Shown one piece after another: positions 1 to 9,785 of a stretch of 64,000 bases of DNA (position 1 is the stretch's first letter; each line of letters opens with the position of its first letter). The DNA comes from an uncultured delta proteobacterium. GTDB taxonomy: Bacteria > Desulfobacterota > Binatia > UBA9968. Below the pieces are notes generated by a model. It was given only the letters and a program-made list of their open reading frames with translations, did not search any database and was not told where the DNA came from. Made by a program: the position numbers and the translations under genes. The stretch lies in NCBI GenBank assembly GCA_963816145.1, contig CAWFJP010000003.1, positions 192,001-256,000 on the forward strand. The letters run 5' to 3'.

Positions 1-711
1 CCACTCGTCCAGCAATCTGCCGTAGCCTTTGACCGAATTTTTTCTGTCAAGCATCGATAGCACATTCCAAAACATCGCTGGGTTGCTGGCGATGACCGGC
101 AGGTTCAATTCGTTTTCTAACCTCTGGATGATCGGCAGTGGATCCATGGTGGCGCCTTGGAAATAGATCGCGTTAGACTGAGGATAACTGCGATAGGTTT
201 TCACCACGAGCTCGAACAGTTGGTCCGGCGTTAGATCGACGCCCGAACCCGCCTTGCGACCTTCGAAGGCGGGGCCGAGATGGACGGTGAAGCCGAGGCT
301 GTTAAGATGCGCTTCGATCACGGCGTCCGACTTGGCGTCGAAGGGAGTCATCAGCAGCAGGGATTTGACATTGTAGACGCTCAAAGCCGCGACCGCCGAT
401 GACACTGCCGTCGCCACGGGCAACTGGATCGCTTCGGCGACTTTGACATCGATGCCGGGATTGAACAGGCCGATGAAACCGCCGGTCAATACCAGGCCGT
501 CGACTTTGTTGCGTGCGACGAAATCCTTGGACTTGGCAATCACCACATCGGACTTGCCCGCGAGATCCTGATACGCCTCGCCCAACAAGCCCAAGCCTTC
601 ATGGATCAGCGATACTCCTGGTGGTAACAACGCATCGACATGTCTGAAGTGCGGCTTGTTCGGTGTCGCCGGGGAGAGGAGGCCGAGGGTGATCTTTCGA
701 TATAATGCCAT
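1..711 (-). CDS. Asp/Glu racemase-fold (arylmalonate decarboxylase / maleate isomerase-like) protein, 3' end runs off window
   Basis: Not in the ORF track. Manual translation from ATG 711 (upstream AGAGGAG) gives MALYRKITLGLLSP...LLMTPF...AIYFQGA...PVIASNPAMFW...GYGRLLDEW. Clear paralog of 22965-23675. Confidence 0.85.
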   Translation of the reverse strand, partial: MALYRKITLGLLSPATPNKPHFRHVDALLPPGVSLIHEGLGLLGEAYQDLAGKSDVVIAKSKDFVARNKVDGLVLTGGFIGLFNPGIDVKVAEAIQLPVATAVSSAVAALSVYNVKSLLLMTPFDAKSDAVIEAHLNSLGFTVHLGPAFEGRKAGSGVDLTPDQLFELVVKTYRSYPQSNAIYFQGATMDPLPIIQRLENELNLPVIASNPAMFWNVLSMLDRKNSVKGYGRLLDEW

Positions 712-748
712 GATGTTCTCCTCTATGGAACGGCTATAGCATGAAAAA

Positions 749-822
749 CCGTAAGGGGTGAAGGGTAAGGGGTAAGGCGTCCGATCCGAAACGCTTTACC
801 CCTAACCCCTGACGCCTTACGG
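749..822. repeat. 7-bp-periodic imperfect palindrome, copy 1
   Basis: GTAAGGG-like heptamers, central GATCCGAAAC, complementary CCCCTAA/CCTTAC heptamers. Homologous to 1829-1900 and 25469-25535. Confidence 0.8.
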
Positions 823-900
823 GTTTGTCTTAGCAGTCGATTGATCCGCGGCAATCAATCTCGCATAGTCGAGTATAACAACCTGTGCCTGGAGGTTCCC

Positions 901-1824
901 GTGCAGTTTCGTATCGCAGCGGTGGATTTGGTCAGCAACACTTGTTTTCCCGCCTTAGCGGCGGATGAGTTGGGATTTTTTAAAGCCGAAGGGCTGGACG
1001 CGCGCATCGAGTTGGTCGCCATGTTGGGTGCGACCAAGGCACTGCGCCAAGGGAGCGCCGATGTTATGATCGCCGGGTCGGTCTTCGATCTTCTCACCGA
1101 GTTTCCCAATTGGAAAGGGGCGAAGATCGCGGTCGCGCTATCGCAGGGTACGCCGTGGCTGCTCGTAGTGCGTTCCGATCTCGCGGCCAAGCGCGGCGAC
1201 TTGCAGGCGCTCAGAGAATTGCGCATTACGGCTGCCGAAGGTCCCGATCTGGTACTGAAGCAATTGCTCAAGTGCGGCGGGCTCGAAGTCGGCCGCGACC
1301 TCGAGATTGTCGAATTACCGGGGGCAAAATCGAGGGACGTGTCCTTTGGTGTCTTTGCCGCGCGGGCACTGCAGGCGCGTCAGATCGACGGCTTTTGGGC
1401 CAACGCCATGGGCGGTGAAACCGCCACCAGCAGCGGTGCGGGCAAGATTCTCGTCGACGTGCGCCGGGGCGACGATCCGGCGGAGGTGCGCTTCTGCACT
1501 TTTGCCGGGATGGCGACCACCGACGATTTCATCGCCCGCGAACCCGAAGCCATGGCCGCTGCAGTGCGCGCCATCGTCAAGGCACAAAAAGCATTAGGCG
1601 CGAATCCCGCGCTGGCTCGCGAAGTCGGCCGGCGTAAATTCCCCAACGACGCCGCCGAACTGATCGCCAACGTGGTCGCCCGAGATGTCGAGTTTTACCA
1701 ACCTGCAATCAGCGAAGAACGCATCACCAAGATGAACCGCTTCGCCGCATCCGTCGGCCAACTGACAGCGGCGGTACAGTATGAGGACGTGGTGGCGGTA
1801 AGGTATCGGGAGTTGTGGAATTGA
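901..1824 (+). CDS. NitT/TauT/SsuA-family ABC substrate-binding protein
   Basis: ELGFFKAEGLDARIE motif and FIAREPEAMAAAVRAIVKA helix. GTG 901 follows GGAGG (track start 841). No obvious signal peptide. Confidence 0.85.
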   Translation: MQFRIAAVDLVSNTCFPALAADELGFFKAEGLDARIELVAMLGATKALRQGSADVMIAGSVFDLLTEFPNWKGAKIAVALSQGTPWLLVVRSDLAAKRGDLQALRELRITAAEGPDLVLKQLLKCGGLEVGRDLEIVELPGAKSRDVSFGVFAARALQARQIDGFWANAMGGETATSSGAGKILVDVRRGDDPAEVRFCTFAGMATTDDFIAREPEAMAAAVRAIVKAQKALGANPALAREVGRRKFPNDAAELIANVVARDVEFYQPAISEERITKMNRFAASVGQLTAAVQYEDVVAVRYRELWN

Positions 1825-1828
1825 TCCT

Positions 1829-1900
1829 CGTAAGGAGTAAAGGGTGAGGGGTAAAGCGTTCGATCCGAAACCCCTTACGCCTCGCCCCTCACGCCTGACG
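1829..1900. repeat. 7-bp-periodic imperfect palindrome, copy 2 (overlaps MFS 3' end)
   Basis: Same arms and GATCCGAAAC centre as 749-822. Confidence 0.8.
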
Positions 1901-3146
1901 GTTTTCTCACCATCGCATACAACAGGCTGGCAACCAGCAGCAGCGCCGCAGATGCCCAGATCAAGATCTCGTAGCTCTTAGTTTGATCGTAAACGAAGCC
2001 GGCCAAGACCGGACCGATGACACTGCCCCAGGAGGACACGAAGCCCATGGAGCCGCGAATCTTGGCGAAGTTTTTCCGGCCGAAATATTCGCCCACCGTC
2101 GACCAGTTCACCGGAAAGGTTGACTCCACCGTGCTGAACAGGGCGGTGAAAAGTAAGATAGCCCATTCGGATCTGACCACTCCCAATAGAATCAACGCCG
2201 CCAGCGCCGACAACATGCAGGCGGCCATCAGTTTAGGCTTATTCACTTTGTCGCCTAACCAGCCGAACAGAATATGCGACGGCAGCGCCATGAACGCTTG
2301 GATCGCGAGAAAAACCGCGGCGCGCTGCTGGCTCATGCCGGTCCAGACCATCAGCGCAACGTAGTGCACGTTGACGGCGCTCAAGACAATCACGCGTATC
2401 GCCGTCGCTGCCGTGATAAACCAGAAGGCCGAGGTGTGCAGCGCTTGGCGCAGGGTAAAGTCGGCTGCATCGGTGCTGGCAGAGTGCGTGCCATTTGCGC
2501 TTTTCACTACCGGCGGTACTGGATCACCGTCAGGCTGCAGCCCCATGCTCTCCGGCGAGCGGCGAACCATCAAGGCCAAAGGCAGGCCGATGACGATAAA
2601 CACGATGCCGCAGGCGAAGGCAGTCGGGCGCCAGCCGAAGTCATGCACAGCCATGGACAAGAATGGCGTGAAGATAAAACCGCCGATGCCGATGGAGCCG
2701 CTGATCATGGCCATCGCCATGGTGCGCTGGCGGATGAACCAGGTGTTGGCGATCACCATCGGCGCGTCCATGAAGCCGGCGTGAAATGCCAGGGAAACCA
2801 CGCCCATGTAGACCAAGAGCAGCATGACGTAACTGTTTACACCGGCGAGCAGCATATGGCCGATGCCGGCGGTCATGATCGCCAGGATCATCAAGGGCCG
2901 CGGACCATGCCGGTCCATGAAATAGCCCGCCAAGGGGCCCTCGAACGCCCCCTGCGCGCGGGCGAGGGAAAATACCAACGAAGTCGACGCGCGGCTGAGG
3001 CCCAGGTCCTGGCTCAGCGGCAAGAAGAAAACCGAGAAGCCGTAAAAATAAAGCCCGCCGCCCAATATACGCAGGACCGAGCCGACGGCGACCATGCGCC
3101 AGCCAAAATAAACATCGGACAACCGTCCGCCGATTCGTGTAAACAA
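1875..3146 (-). CDS. MFS transporter (OFA/MCT-like)
   Basis: About 12 hydrophobic segments; motif A GYFMDRHGPR and GWLGDK; YFGW N-terminus. TTG 3146 chosen for upstream AGGA (track start 3215). Confidence 0.9.
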   Translation of the reverse strand: MFTRIGGRLSDVYFGWRMVAVGSVLRILGGGLYFYGFSVFFLPLSQDLGLSRASTSLVFSLARAQGAFEGPLAGYFMDRHGPRPLMILAIMTAGIGHMLLAGVNSYVMLLLVYMGVVSLAFHAGFMDAPMVIANTWFIRQRTMAMAMISGSIGIGGFIFTPFLSMAVHDFGWRPTAFACGIVFIVIGLPLALMVRRSPESMGLQPDGDPVPPVVKSANGTHSASTDAADFTLRQALHTSAFWFITAATAIRVIVLSAVNVHYVALMVWTGMSQQRAAVFLAIQAFMALPSHILFGWLGDKVNKPKLMAACMLSALAALILLGVVRSEWAILLFTALFSTVESTFPVNWSTVGEYFGRKNFAKIRGSMGFVSSWGSVIGPVLAGFVYDQTKSYEILIWASAALLLVASLLYAMVRKPSGVRGEA

Positions 3147-3264
3147 TATTTTTCCTATTGAGAAATTCCGAAGTGCCGGCAAATCCCTGGGCGGGACAAC
3201 AGGCGAGAATTGCAAAAGTAACTGAGGCGGCGCGGGAATTCAATGAAGTGAGCCGAGGAGATTA

Positions 3265-3535
3265 TCACCGCAGAGTGTTCATGAGCTTACGCTCATCTAC
3301 AGATTATGAAATTGCCCGGCATCCCTCCACAGGTACTTTCATTGATCCGTCATGCCGGCGGAGGCCGGCATCCATGGAAGGGAGGGGGATGGATACCGGC
3401 TTTCGCCGGTATGACGAAACCTCCGCGCTGTCGTCTCCCGGTTCATGCCTGCACATGTATTTTCGAAGGAGCACGCAGAGATCACAGAGGGTTAGAAAAT
3501 TATTATCTCTGTCTCCTCTGTGCCCTCAGTGGTGA
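3265..3535. repeat. 9-bp-periodic palindrome (CACAGAG type) interrupted by element copy A
   Basis: CACCGCAGAG|insert|CACGCAGAG ATCACAGAG - AT-rich spacer - CTCTGTCTC CTCTGTGCC CTCAGTGGTG. Confidence 0.8.
3276..3471 (+). mobile_element. Non-autonomous site-specific element, copy A (196 bp, contains REP doublet)
   Basis: TGTTCATGAGCTTACGCTC...ATGAAATTGC left end, GTCATGCCGGCGGAGGCCGGCATCC / GGATACCGGCTTTCGCCGGTATGAC doublet, CATGTATTTTCGAAGGAG right end. Five copies in the window. Confidence 0.8.
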
Positions 3536-3549
3536 ATTTTCCTGTCCGG

Positions 3550-4269
3550 CTATGTTTCTAAGCCGTACTCACGGAGGACGCTTTCTAACGTATCGAAGTC
3601 GGCGAGCGTGCGCAGCGTGGCGAAGGTCGGGAAGATCATCGGCAATTCGTTGCGGTTGCAGAGTTGCATGGCGTGGTCGGGGGTGAGCCAGACGCTGTGG
3701 GCGACTTCATAGGAGGTTGGCAGCGGAATCTGGCCTTGTGGCAGCGCTGCGAGGAAAAAGCGCGTATCGAAGCGCATGGTAAACTGTGCCGGGGTCTGCC
3801 AAGACGAGAAGTGGCTCAAGCTGGCAAGATCGCAATAGAGCTGTTCGCGTTCCAAGAGCCCGGCGAAGCTGAGAGTTTTTTCTGACAGCTCGCCGTGGCA
3901 ATGGGCCAAGTGTGCAGCGCGCTCCGGGGTCATCGACATTTTCGCGCCGTTTGCATCGGCTGCCAACAGCACGCCGACCTCCTCGAAGACTTCGCGCACC
4001 GCGGCGATCCACAGACCGATGGCTTCATCCGGCGTGAAAGCGGCGCCGATAATCTGGCGTGCTTGCTTTGGCGTGCGGCCGACGGTGCGGGCGATCATCG
4101 CGGCGCGGTAATCTTCCTTGCTCACCGTGCCGCCGGGGTAGCAATACATGCCGCCCAAAAACGGCATAGCGTCGGGCCGGCGGGTGAGAAAGACTTCGAA
4201 ACCTCGATGTCCCGCCGGACGCAGCAGGATAACCGTGGCCGCCTGTTTGGGCTTGCGCGGTTCGCTCAT
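3550..4269 (-). CDS. NUDIX hydrolase (Nudt19-like)
   Basis: AATVILLR, YPGG, AAVREVFEEVGV, RFDTRFF, IFPT motifs. Confidence 0.9.
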   Translation of the reverse strand: MSEPRKPKQAATVILLRPAGHRGFEVFLTRRPDAMPFLGGMYCYPGGTVSKEDYRAAMIARTVGRTPKQARQIIGAAFTPDEAIGLWIAAVREVFEEVGVLLAADANGAKMSMTPERAAHLAHCHGELSEKTLSFAGLLEREQLYCDLASLSHFSSWQTPAQFTMRFDTRFFLAALPQGQIPLPTSYEVAHSVWLTPDHAMQLCNRNELPMIFPTFATLRTLADFDTLESVLREYGLET

Positions 4270-5042
4270 CGAATTGCCAAACTCACCGGGCCGGAGAAGT
4301 CATTTTGGCAAGGCGGGCCGGGGCAGAAATATGTATCGAAGCGCGCGCGCGCCGCCACCAGAGCGACGATACTCGACGACACCGTGCCGGTCATCTCGCG
4401 GTGCACACAGATGGCGTCGCCGGGATCGTCGGAGCCATCGTGCAGCGTATGGTCGGCCAGCACCGCGCGTAATTCTGCGAGCCAGTCTCGCGGATCAGCC
4501 GCATTAACCGGTATGCGGTCTTTCAAGCGAGCGAATCGCGGATGGGCACGGTCTGCCTTAGCGGAATTCAAGTCCAGCTCCGCGGCGCTGCTGAACACAT
4601 GGAGGCCGGGGTCGAGCTGCTTGGCGACGATCCTGGGCTCGTGGTTGTTGTAGGCGACTCCGGCCGATTTTTGGTCGGCAAATATCAGGGTGAAGGGGTT
4701 ATAGATCGCCTCGTGCGCGGCGATGAAATCGAACCCCTCGGCGAGGTTGCGGAGCCGCAACATATCCATGCACAAGAGGCCGCGCGATCGTGGCGTTGGC
4801 GTCAGTGAAACGTTGTCGCCGCTTTCATTTTGGCGCCGATTCAAGATACCGACGAGCAGGCCATGCTCGTTGACGCCCAGCCAGGTGCCGCCGACCCGCA
4901 GGTCTCGCCCGGCAACGATAAGCGGCACGCCTTCGATCTGGGCTGGCGGCGCCGACGGCCGGTCGAAATGCTCGTCGCGATTGGCCGCCACCAGCAAGGG
5001 CATATCGTCAAAAACATTAAAATAAAGCGCCAAGGTGCACAC
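4266..5042 (-). CDS. NRDE / TANGO2 (DUF833) family protein
   Basis: N-terminal MC, AANRDE, GGTWLG, SRGLL, GTVSSS; overlaps NUDIX start. Confidence 0.92.
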   Translation of the reverse strand: MCTLALYFNVFDDMPLLVAANRDEHFDRPSAPPAQIEGVPLIVAGRDLRVGGTWLGVNEHGLLVGILNRRQNESGDNVSLTPTPRSRGLLCMDMLRLRNLAEGFDFIAAHEAIYNPFTLIFADQKSAGVAYNNHEPRIVAKQLDPGLHVFSSAAELDLNSAKADRAHPRFARLKDRIPVNAADPRDWLAELRAVLADHTLHDGSDDPGDAICVHREMTGTVSSSIVALVAARARFDTYFCPGPPCQNDFSGPVSLAIR

Positions 5043-5149
5043 GCTTAAATGATTTATCGAATGGTCCGCGCTTGTGCAAACTTCGGGTCGTTCCTCTCGC
5101 CAGGAACAGCGCGAAGGGTTTCGACAATTTCAACTCCGAACTTCTTGAT

Positions 5150-5341
5150 CTCCTTAGAAAATACATGCGCAAGCACGATCTGGGCGACGAGTTGCCATAA
5201 GGCTTCCGTCATACCGGCGAAAGCCGGTATCCATCTCCTCCCTCCCCTGGATGCCGGCCTTCGCCGGCATGACGAATCGGGGGGAGGCGTGCAGGGGGGC
5301 TGCAATTTCATACTCTGTGGACGAGCGTAAGCTCATGGACA
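5150..5341 (-). mobile_element. Site-specific element, copy B (192 bp)
   Basis: Reverse complement: CACCACGAAG|TGTCCATGAGCTTACGCTC...CATGTATTTTCTAAGGAG|ATCAAGAAG. Confidence 0.8.
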
Positions 5342-5438
5342 CTTCGTGGTGCACACCGTTCTCGCAATTTCCACGCTAAACCTTGATTGTTGTTGAATAA
5401 TGTTTGTGTTAGCTTCGATAAATTCGGAAAGGGCAACC

Positions 5439-6395
5439 ATGTTTCAATCTGTTGACGAAGTCATCGCCGGCCTGGGCACGCAGAAATATCTGTGCAACAA
5501 GAATGTCGCCACCGTGGTCTACCTGGGCACGTCGCTGCAAAAACCGCTGCTGGTCGAGGGACCAGCGGGAGTAGGGAAGACCGAACTCGGCAAAGTGCTG
5601 GCCGACTCCCTGGGCATGGAGCTGATCCGGCTCCAATGCTACGAAGGGCTCGACGAAGCCAAAGCTCTGTACGAGTGGGAGTACGCAAAACAGCTGCTCT
5701 ATACCCAAATCCTCAAAGACAAGATCGGCGAGATCCTGGAGGGCGCCAAGACCCTGCAAGACGCCGTCGATCATGTCGCCAAACAGGACGGGGTGTTTTT
5801 TTCCGATAAATTTCTCCTGCCGCGGCCGCTGCTGCGCGCGCTATTATCGGACAAACCGGTGGTGCTGTTGATCGACGAGATCGACAAATCGGACGCCGAA
5901 TTCGAGGCGTTTTTGCTTGAAGTTTTGAGCGATTTTCAGATCACCGTGCCGGAAATCGGCACGCTCAAGGCGAAGCATATCCCTCTGGTGGTGCTGACCA
6001 GCAATAACAGCCGGGAGGTTTCCGATGCTCTCAAGCGCCGCTGCCTGCATCTGTTCCTCGACTTTCCGGATCCCGAGCGCGAAAAAGAAATCATCAAGCT
6101 CAAAGTGCCGAATGTCGGCGACAAGCTCGCTGACGAAGTGGTGCGCTTGCTGCACCGGCTGCGTAAGCTCGATTTGAAAAAGACCCCGAGCATCAGCGAA
6201 AGCCTCGACTGGGTGCGCGCCCTGACCCTGCTCAATATCAAGGATCTCGACAACGAGTTGGTCGAGCAGACCATGTCGGCGTTGATGAAGTACGAAGCGG
6301 ACATTCGCAAGGCGCACCAGGAACTGAAAAGCTACCTGGCCGAAAAGCAAGCCCGGCGTCAGGACGCCGGCGACGAGAAAGATCATTTGCATTAG
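5439..6395 (+). CDS. MoxR-family AAA+ ATPase (CoxD-like)
   Basis: Walker A GPAGVGKT, RLQCYEGLD, Walker B LLIDEIDK, SDALKRRC. Confidence 0.93.
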   Translation: MFQSVDEVIAGLGTQKYLCNKNVATVVYLGTSLQKPLLVEGPAGVGKTELGKVLADSLGMELIRLQCYEGLDEAKALYEWEYAKQLLYTQILKDKIGEILEGAKTLQDAVDHVAKQDGVFFSDKFLLPRPLLRALLSDKPVVLLIDEIDKSDAEFEAFLLEVLSDFQITVPEIGTLKAKHIPLVVLTSNNSREVSDALKRRCLHLFLDFPDPEREKEIIKLKVPNVGDKLADEVVRLLHRLRKLDLKKTPSISESLDWVRALTLLNIKDLDNELVEQTMSALMKYEADIRKAHQELKSYLAEKQARRQDAGDEKDHLH

Positions 6396-6422
6396 CCGCT
6401 TGCGTGCGGCATCCCCAAGATC

Positions 6423-7829
6423 ATGCAAGCCCGGGTTATCGAGTTCGCCAATATTTTGCGCCGCAACGGCATCCGCGTGTCGTTGGCGGAAAACATGGAC
6501 GCGTTTCGCGCCCTGGAATTGATCGGCATCGCCGATCCACAGATGTTCCGCAACGCCCTACGGACCACGCTGATCAAGCGCAGCGGCGACCAGAAGCCCT
6601 TCGACGAATTGTTCGATTATTTCTTCCTTGGCATCGGCCAGGCCCTCGACGCCATCGACCGTAAGATCATGGAAGAGCTCGGGCTGTCACCGGAAAAGTT
6701 TCAGGAGATGTTGGAACAGATCCAGAAACTCTTAAAAGAAATGGAAGGGGACTTATCAGATCTCACCAAGGCGCTGCTCAATAACAATCGCGCCGAGCTG
6801 GAACGCCAGCTGCGCGAAGCGATGCAGCAGGAAATGCAAAACGGCAACCCCGAGACCATGCGCCACACGCCCTACACGCGCATGATGATGCGTTTGGGGC
6901 TCGACCGGGTGCAGAGCGAGATCGAGCGCTTCCGCGGCATGCTGCAAATGCTCGGCGAGAACGGCGAGGATCTGCAAAACGTCATGCGCTACCTGGACGA
7001 GCGCATGCGCGACTTGAATCGTTTGTTGCGCGAGATCATCCAGCAGGAGCAGCGCAAGCAGGGCGCCGAACCGCGCGACTACTCGCAGCGCAGCGCTCTG
7101 GCCGACAAGAGTTTTTCATTCTACACCGAAGACGATATCCGGCGCATGAACGACGCCGTGGCGCGCTTGGCCCAGCGCTTGAAAAACCGCCTATCGGTGC
7201 GGCGTAAGAAGGCCGCCCGCGGCCGCTTCGACATCAAGGCGACCCTGCGTAAGAATATGCAATACGGCGGCGTGCCGTTTGACATTCAGCTCGACCGACG
7301 CAAAAAAACCAAGCCGCAGGTGATGGTGCTGTGCGATATTTCCGACTCGGTGTTGAACGCGTCACGCTTCATGCTGCAGTTCGTCTATTCGATCCAGGAT
7401 CTTTACGCCAAGGTGCGCAGCTTCGTGTTCGTCGCCGAGATCGGTGAGGTGACCAAGCTCTTCGAGGAACACGACATCCAGACCGCGGTCGAGACCGCTT
7501 TGAAAGGCGACGTCATCGACGTTTTTTCCCATTCCAATTTCGGCCGCGCTTTCGAACAGTTCCACCGAAACTTTTTCGCTTCGATCACCAGCAAGACCAC
7601 GGTCTTGATCATCGGCGACGGGCGCAATAATTATAACCGGCCCAACGATTGGGTGCTGCGCGAGGTCAAACAAAAGGCCAAGCAGTTGATCTGGCTCAAC
7701 CCTGAAAGCCGCATGACCTGGGGCATCGGCGACAGCGAGATGCCGCGCTACGCGCCGCATTGCCATGTCGCCGAAGAGTGCCGCAGCATCAATCAACTTT
7801 ACAAAATTGTCGATTTGATCGCGCCATGA
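6423..7829 (+). CDS. VWA domain protein (CoxE-like)
   Basis: MIDAS CDISDS, IIGDGRNN, WLNPE, WGIGDSEM; follows MoxR gene. Confidence 0.92.
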   Translation: MQARVIEFANILRRNGIRVSLAENMDAFRALELIGIADPQMFRNALRTTLIKRSGDQKPFDELFDYFFLGIGQALDAIDRKIMEELGLSPEKFQEMLEQIQKLLKEMEGDLSDLTKALLNNNRAELERQLREAMQQEMQNGNPETMRHTPYTRMMMRLGLDRVQSEIERFRGMLQMLGENGEDLQNVMRYLDERMRDLNRLLREIIQQEQRKQGAEPRDYSQRSALADKSFSFYTEDDIRRMNDAVARLAQRLKNRLSVRRKKAARGRFDIKATLRKNMQYGGVPFDIQLDRRKKTKPQVMVLCDISDSVLNASRFMLQFVYSIQDLYAKVRSFVFVAEIGEVTKLFEEHDIQTAVETALKGDVIDVFSHSNFGRAFEQFHRNFFASITSKTTVLIIGDGRNNYNRPNDWVLREVKQKAKQLIWLNPESRMTWGIGDSEMPRYAPHCHVAEECRSINQLYKIVDLIAP

Positions 7830-9190
7830 AGAAGCTTTACATCCAGACCTACGGCTGCCAGATGAACCAGTACGATTCGGAAAAAATCGCCCAGGTGCTG
7901 GCGCGCAAAGATTATGTCCAAACCGATCGCATCGATAGCGCCGACGTAATCCTGCTCAACACGTGCAGCGTGCGCGACAAGGCCGAGCAAAAGGTCTACA
8001 GCGCGCTCGGCAGTTGGAAGCAATTCAAAGACTACCGCGACGGCGTCATCATCGGCGTCGGCGGCTGCGTCGCCCAGCAGGAAGGCGAAAATCTTTTAAA
8101 GCGCGTTCCCCATCTGGATTTGGTTTTCGGCACGCACAACATTCACAAGCTGCCGGAGATGATCGAGCAGGTGGAACGTAGCCGGGCCCGGCCGGTGGAG
8201 ACCGCTTTTTACCGCGATCCGGCGTACATGGACGACGGCGAACTGCGCACCCAAGTCGACGGCGTCAAGGCCTTCGTGACGATCATGCAAGGCTGCAACA
8301 AGGTCTGCAGCTTCTGCATCGTGCCCCATGTGCGCGGCCGCGAAGTGAGCCGGCCCAGCGATAAGATTCTCGCCGAAATCGAATCGCTGGCGCGCCATGG
8401 CGTTAAAGAAGTGATGCTGCTCGGCCAGAACGTTAATTCCTACGGCAAGCTCACTCCCGGCGAGCTGAGTTTTGCCGAGCTGCTCAACCGGGTCGATAAA
8501 ATTGATGGTTTACGCCGCATCCGTTTCACCACCTCGCATCCGCAGGATTTGTCGCCGGAGCTGATTGAGGACTTCGCCACGTTGAGAAACCTCTGCGAAC
8601 ATCTCCATTTGCCCGTGCAGTCCGGTTCGGATTCTGTTTTAACGCGTATGCGCCGCGGTTACACCATGACGGAGTATTTGGACCGGCTCCATCGTCTCCG
8701 GGCGCGTTGTCCTAAAGTAGCGCTGAGCACCGACATCATCGTCGGCTTTCCCGGTGAAACTGACACTGAATTCGAGCAGACGCTAGAATTGCTGCGAGAG
8801 GTGGAGTACGATGACATTTACTCGTTCAACTATTCACCGCGGCCGCAGACCGTCTCAGCGAAAATTTATCCCGACGATGTTCCCAACGACGTGAAGAAGG
8901 ACCGTCTGAAGAAAGTGCAAACCTTGCAGCGTGAAATCTCGCTGGCGAAAAACCGCCAGCGCATCGGCGACCGCGAGGAAGTCCTGGTCGACGGGCCGTC
9001 CAAACTGAAGGCCGAGCAGGTCATGGGCCGCACCCGCGCCAACCGCATCGTCAACCTCACCGGTTCGACTCGATTGATCGGTGAGTTCGTTCAGGTACAT
9101 ATAACCGGCGCCACCGCCAACTCGTTGCTCGGCGAGTCGATGTGCGCTAATGCTGCGGTAGCATCCCAGCAAGAAGGGGATAGGCAATGA
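7826..9190 (+). CDS. miaB: tRNA methylthiotransferase MiaB
   Basis: TYGCQMN, NTCSVR, GCVAQ, radical SAM GCNKVCSFC, HLPVQSG, C-terminal TRAM domain; ATGA overlap with VWA gene. Confidence 0.96.
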   Translation: MKKLYIQTYGCQMNQYDSEKIAQVLARKDYVQTDRIDSADVILLNTCSVRDKAEQKVYSALGSWKQFKDYRDGVIIGVGGCVAQQEGENLLKRVPHLDLVFGTHNIHKLPEMIEQVERSRARPVETAFYRDPAYMDDGELRTQVDGVKAFVTIMQGCNKVCSFCIVPHVRGREVSRPSDKILAEIESLARHGVKEVMLLGQNVNSYGKLTPGELSFAELLNRVDKIDGLRRIRFTTSHPQDLSPELIEDFATLRNLCEHLHLPVQSGSDSVLTRMRRGYTMTEYLDRLHRLRARCPKVALSTDIIVGFPGETDTEFEQTLELLREVEYDDIYSFNYSPRPQTVSAKIYPDDVPNDVKKDRLKKVQTLQREISLAKNRQRIGDREEVLVDGPSKLKAEQVMGRTRANRIVNLTGSTRLIGEFVQVHITGATANSLLGESMCANAAVASQQEGDRQ

Positions 9191-9714
9191 GCGCGAAACC
9201 AGACTGCATCGAAATGTCCGTCGGCGGATTGACCCTCGACCCGGTGACCAAGACGCCGATCGTGATTCTCAAAGACACGGAAAATAAACTCAATTTGCCG
9301 ATCTGGATCGGCCTGTTGGAAGCGACCGCCATGGCCACCGAAATCGAGGGCATCGCCATGGCCCGGCCGATGACCCATGATTTGCTCAAGACGCTGTTGG
9401 CCGAAGTCGGCTGCACGGTGCAGTCGATCGAGATCACCGAGCTCAAAGAAAACACTTACTATGCTGCGATAAATCTATCGGTCTCTGGGGGTCGCCAGTT
9501 GGTGCTCGACTCGCGCCCGAGCGATGCCATCGCATTGGCGCTGCGGGCCAAATGTCCCATCTATGTCGCCAAGGCGGTGCTGGAAGCTTCCAGCGTCTTG
9601 CAGCAGGACGAAAGCAAAGATGTGCCCGTGGAGAACGTCTCCAACGTATCCCAAGAAAAATGGGGTGAGATTCTCGAAAAAATGACCCCAGACGATTTCA
9701 AGTACAAGCAGTAA
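9187..9714 (+). CDS. Bifunctional nuclease family protein (DUF151)
   Basis: LPIWIG, RPMTHDL, DSRPSDAIALA. Confidence 0.93.
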   Translation: MSAKPDCIEMSVGGLTLDPVTKTPIVILKDTENKLNLPIWIGLLEATAMATEIEGIAMARPMTHDLLKTLLAEVGCTVQSIEITELKENTYYAAINLSVSGGRQLVLDSRPSDAIALALRAKCPIYVAKAVLEASSVLQQDESKDVPVENVSNVSQEKWGEILEKMTPDDFKYKQ

Positions 9715-9785
9715 GGTCCCTTCGTGCCGCTCTATCATTAGTTCAAGTTATAGTTGAGAAATCATCTGATTTTCGCACCAAATAC

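Noticed and set aside
3275-3471. Element as a group II intron remnant (begins GTGTT)
   Set aside because: No GTGCG 5' end, no domain V (GAGCCG..GAAA..GTTCGG) and no AY 3' end.
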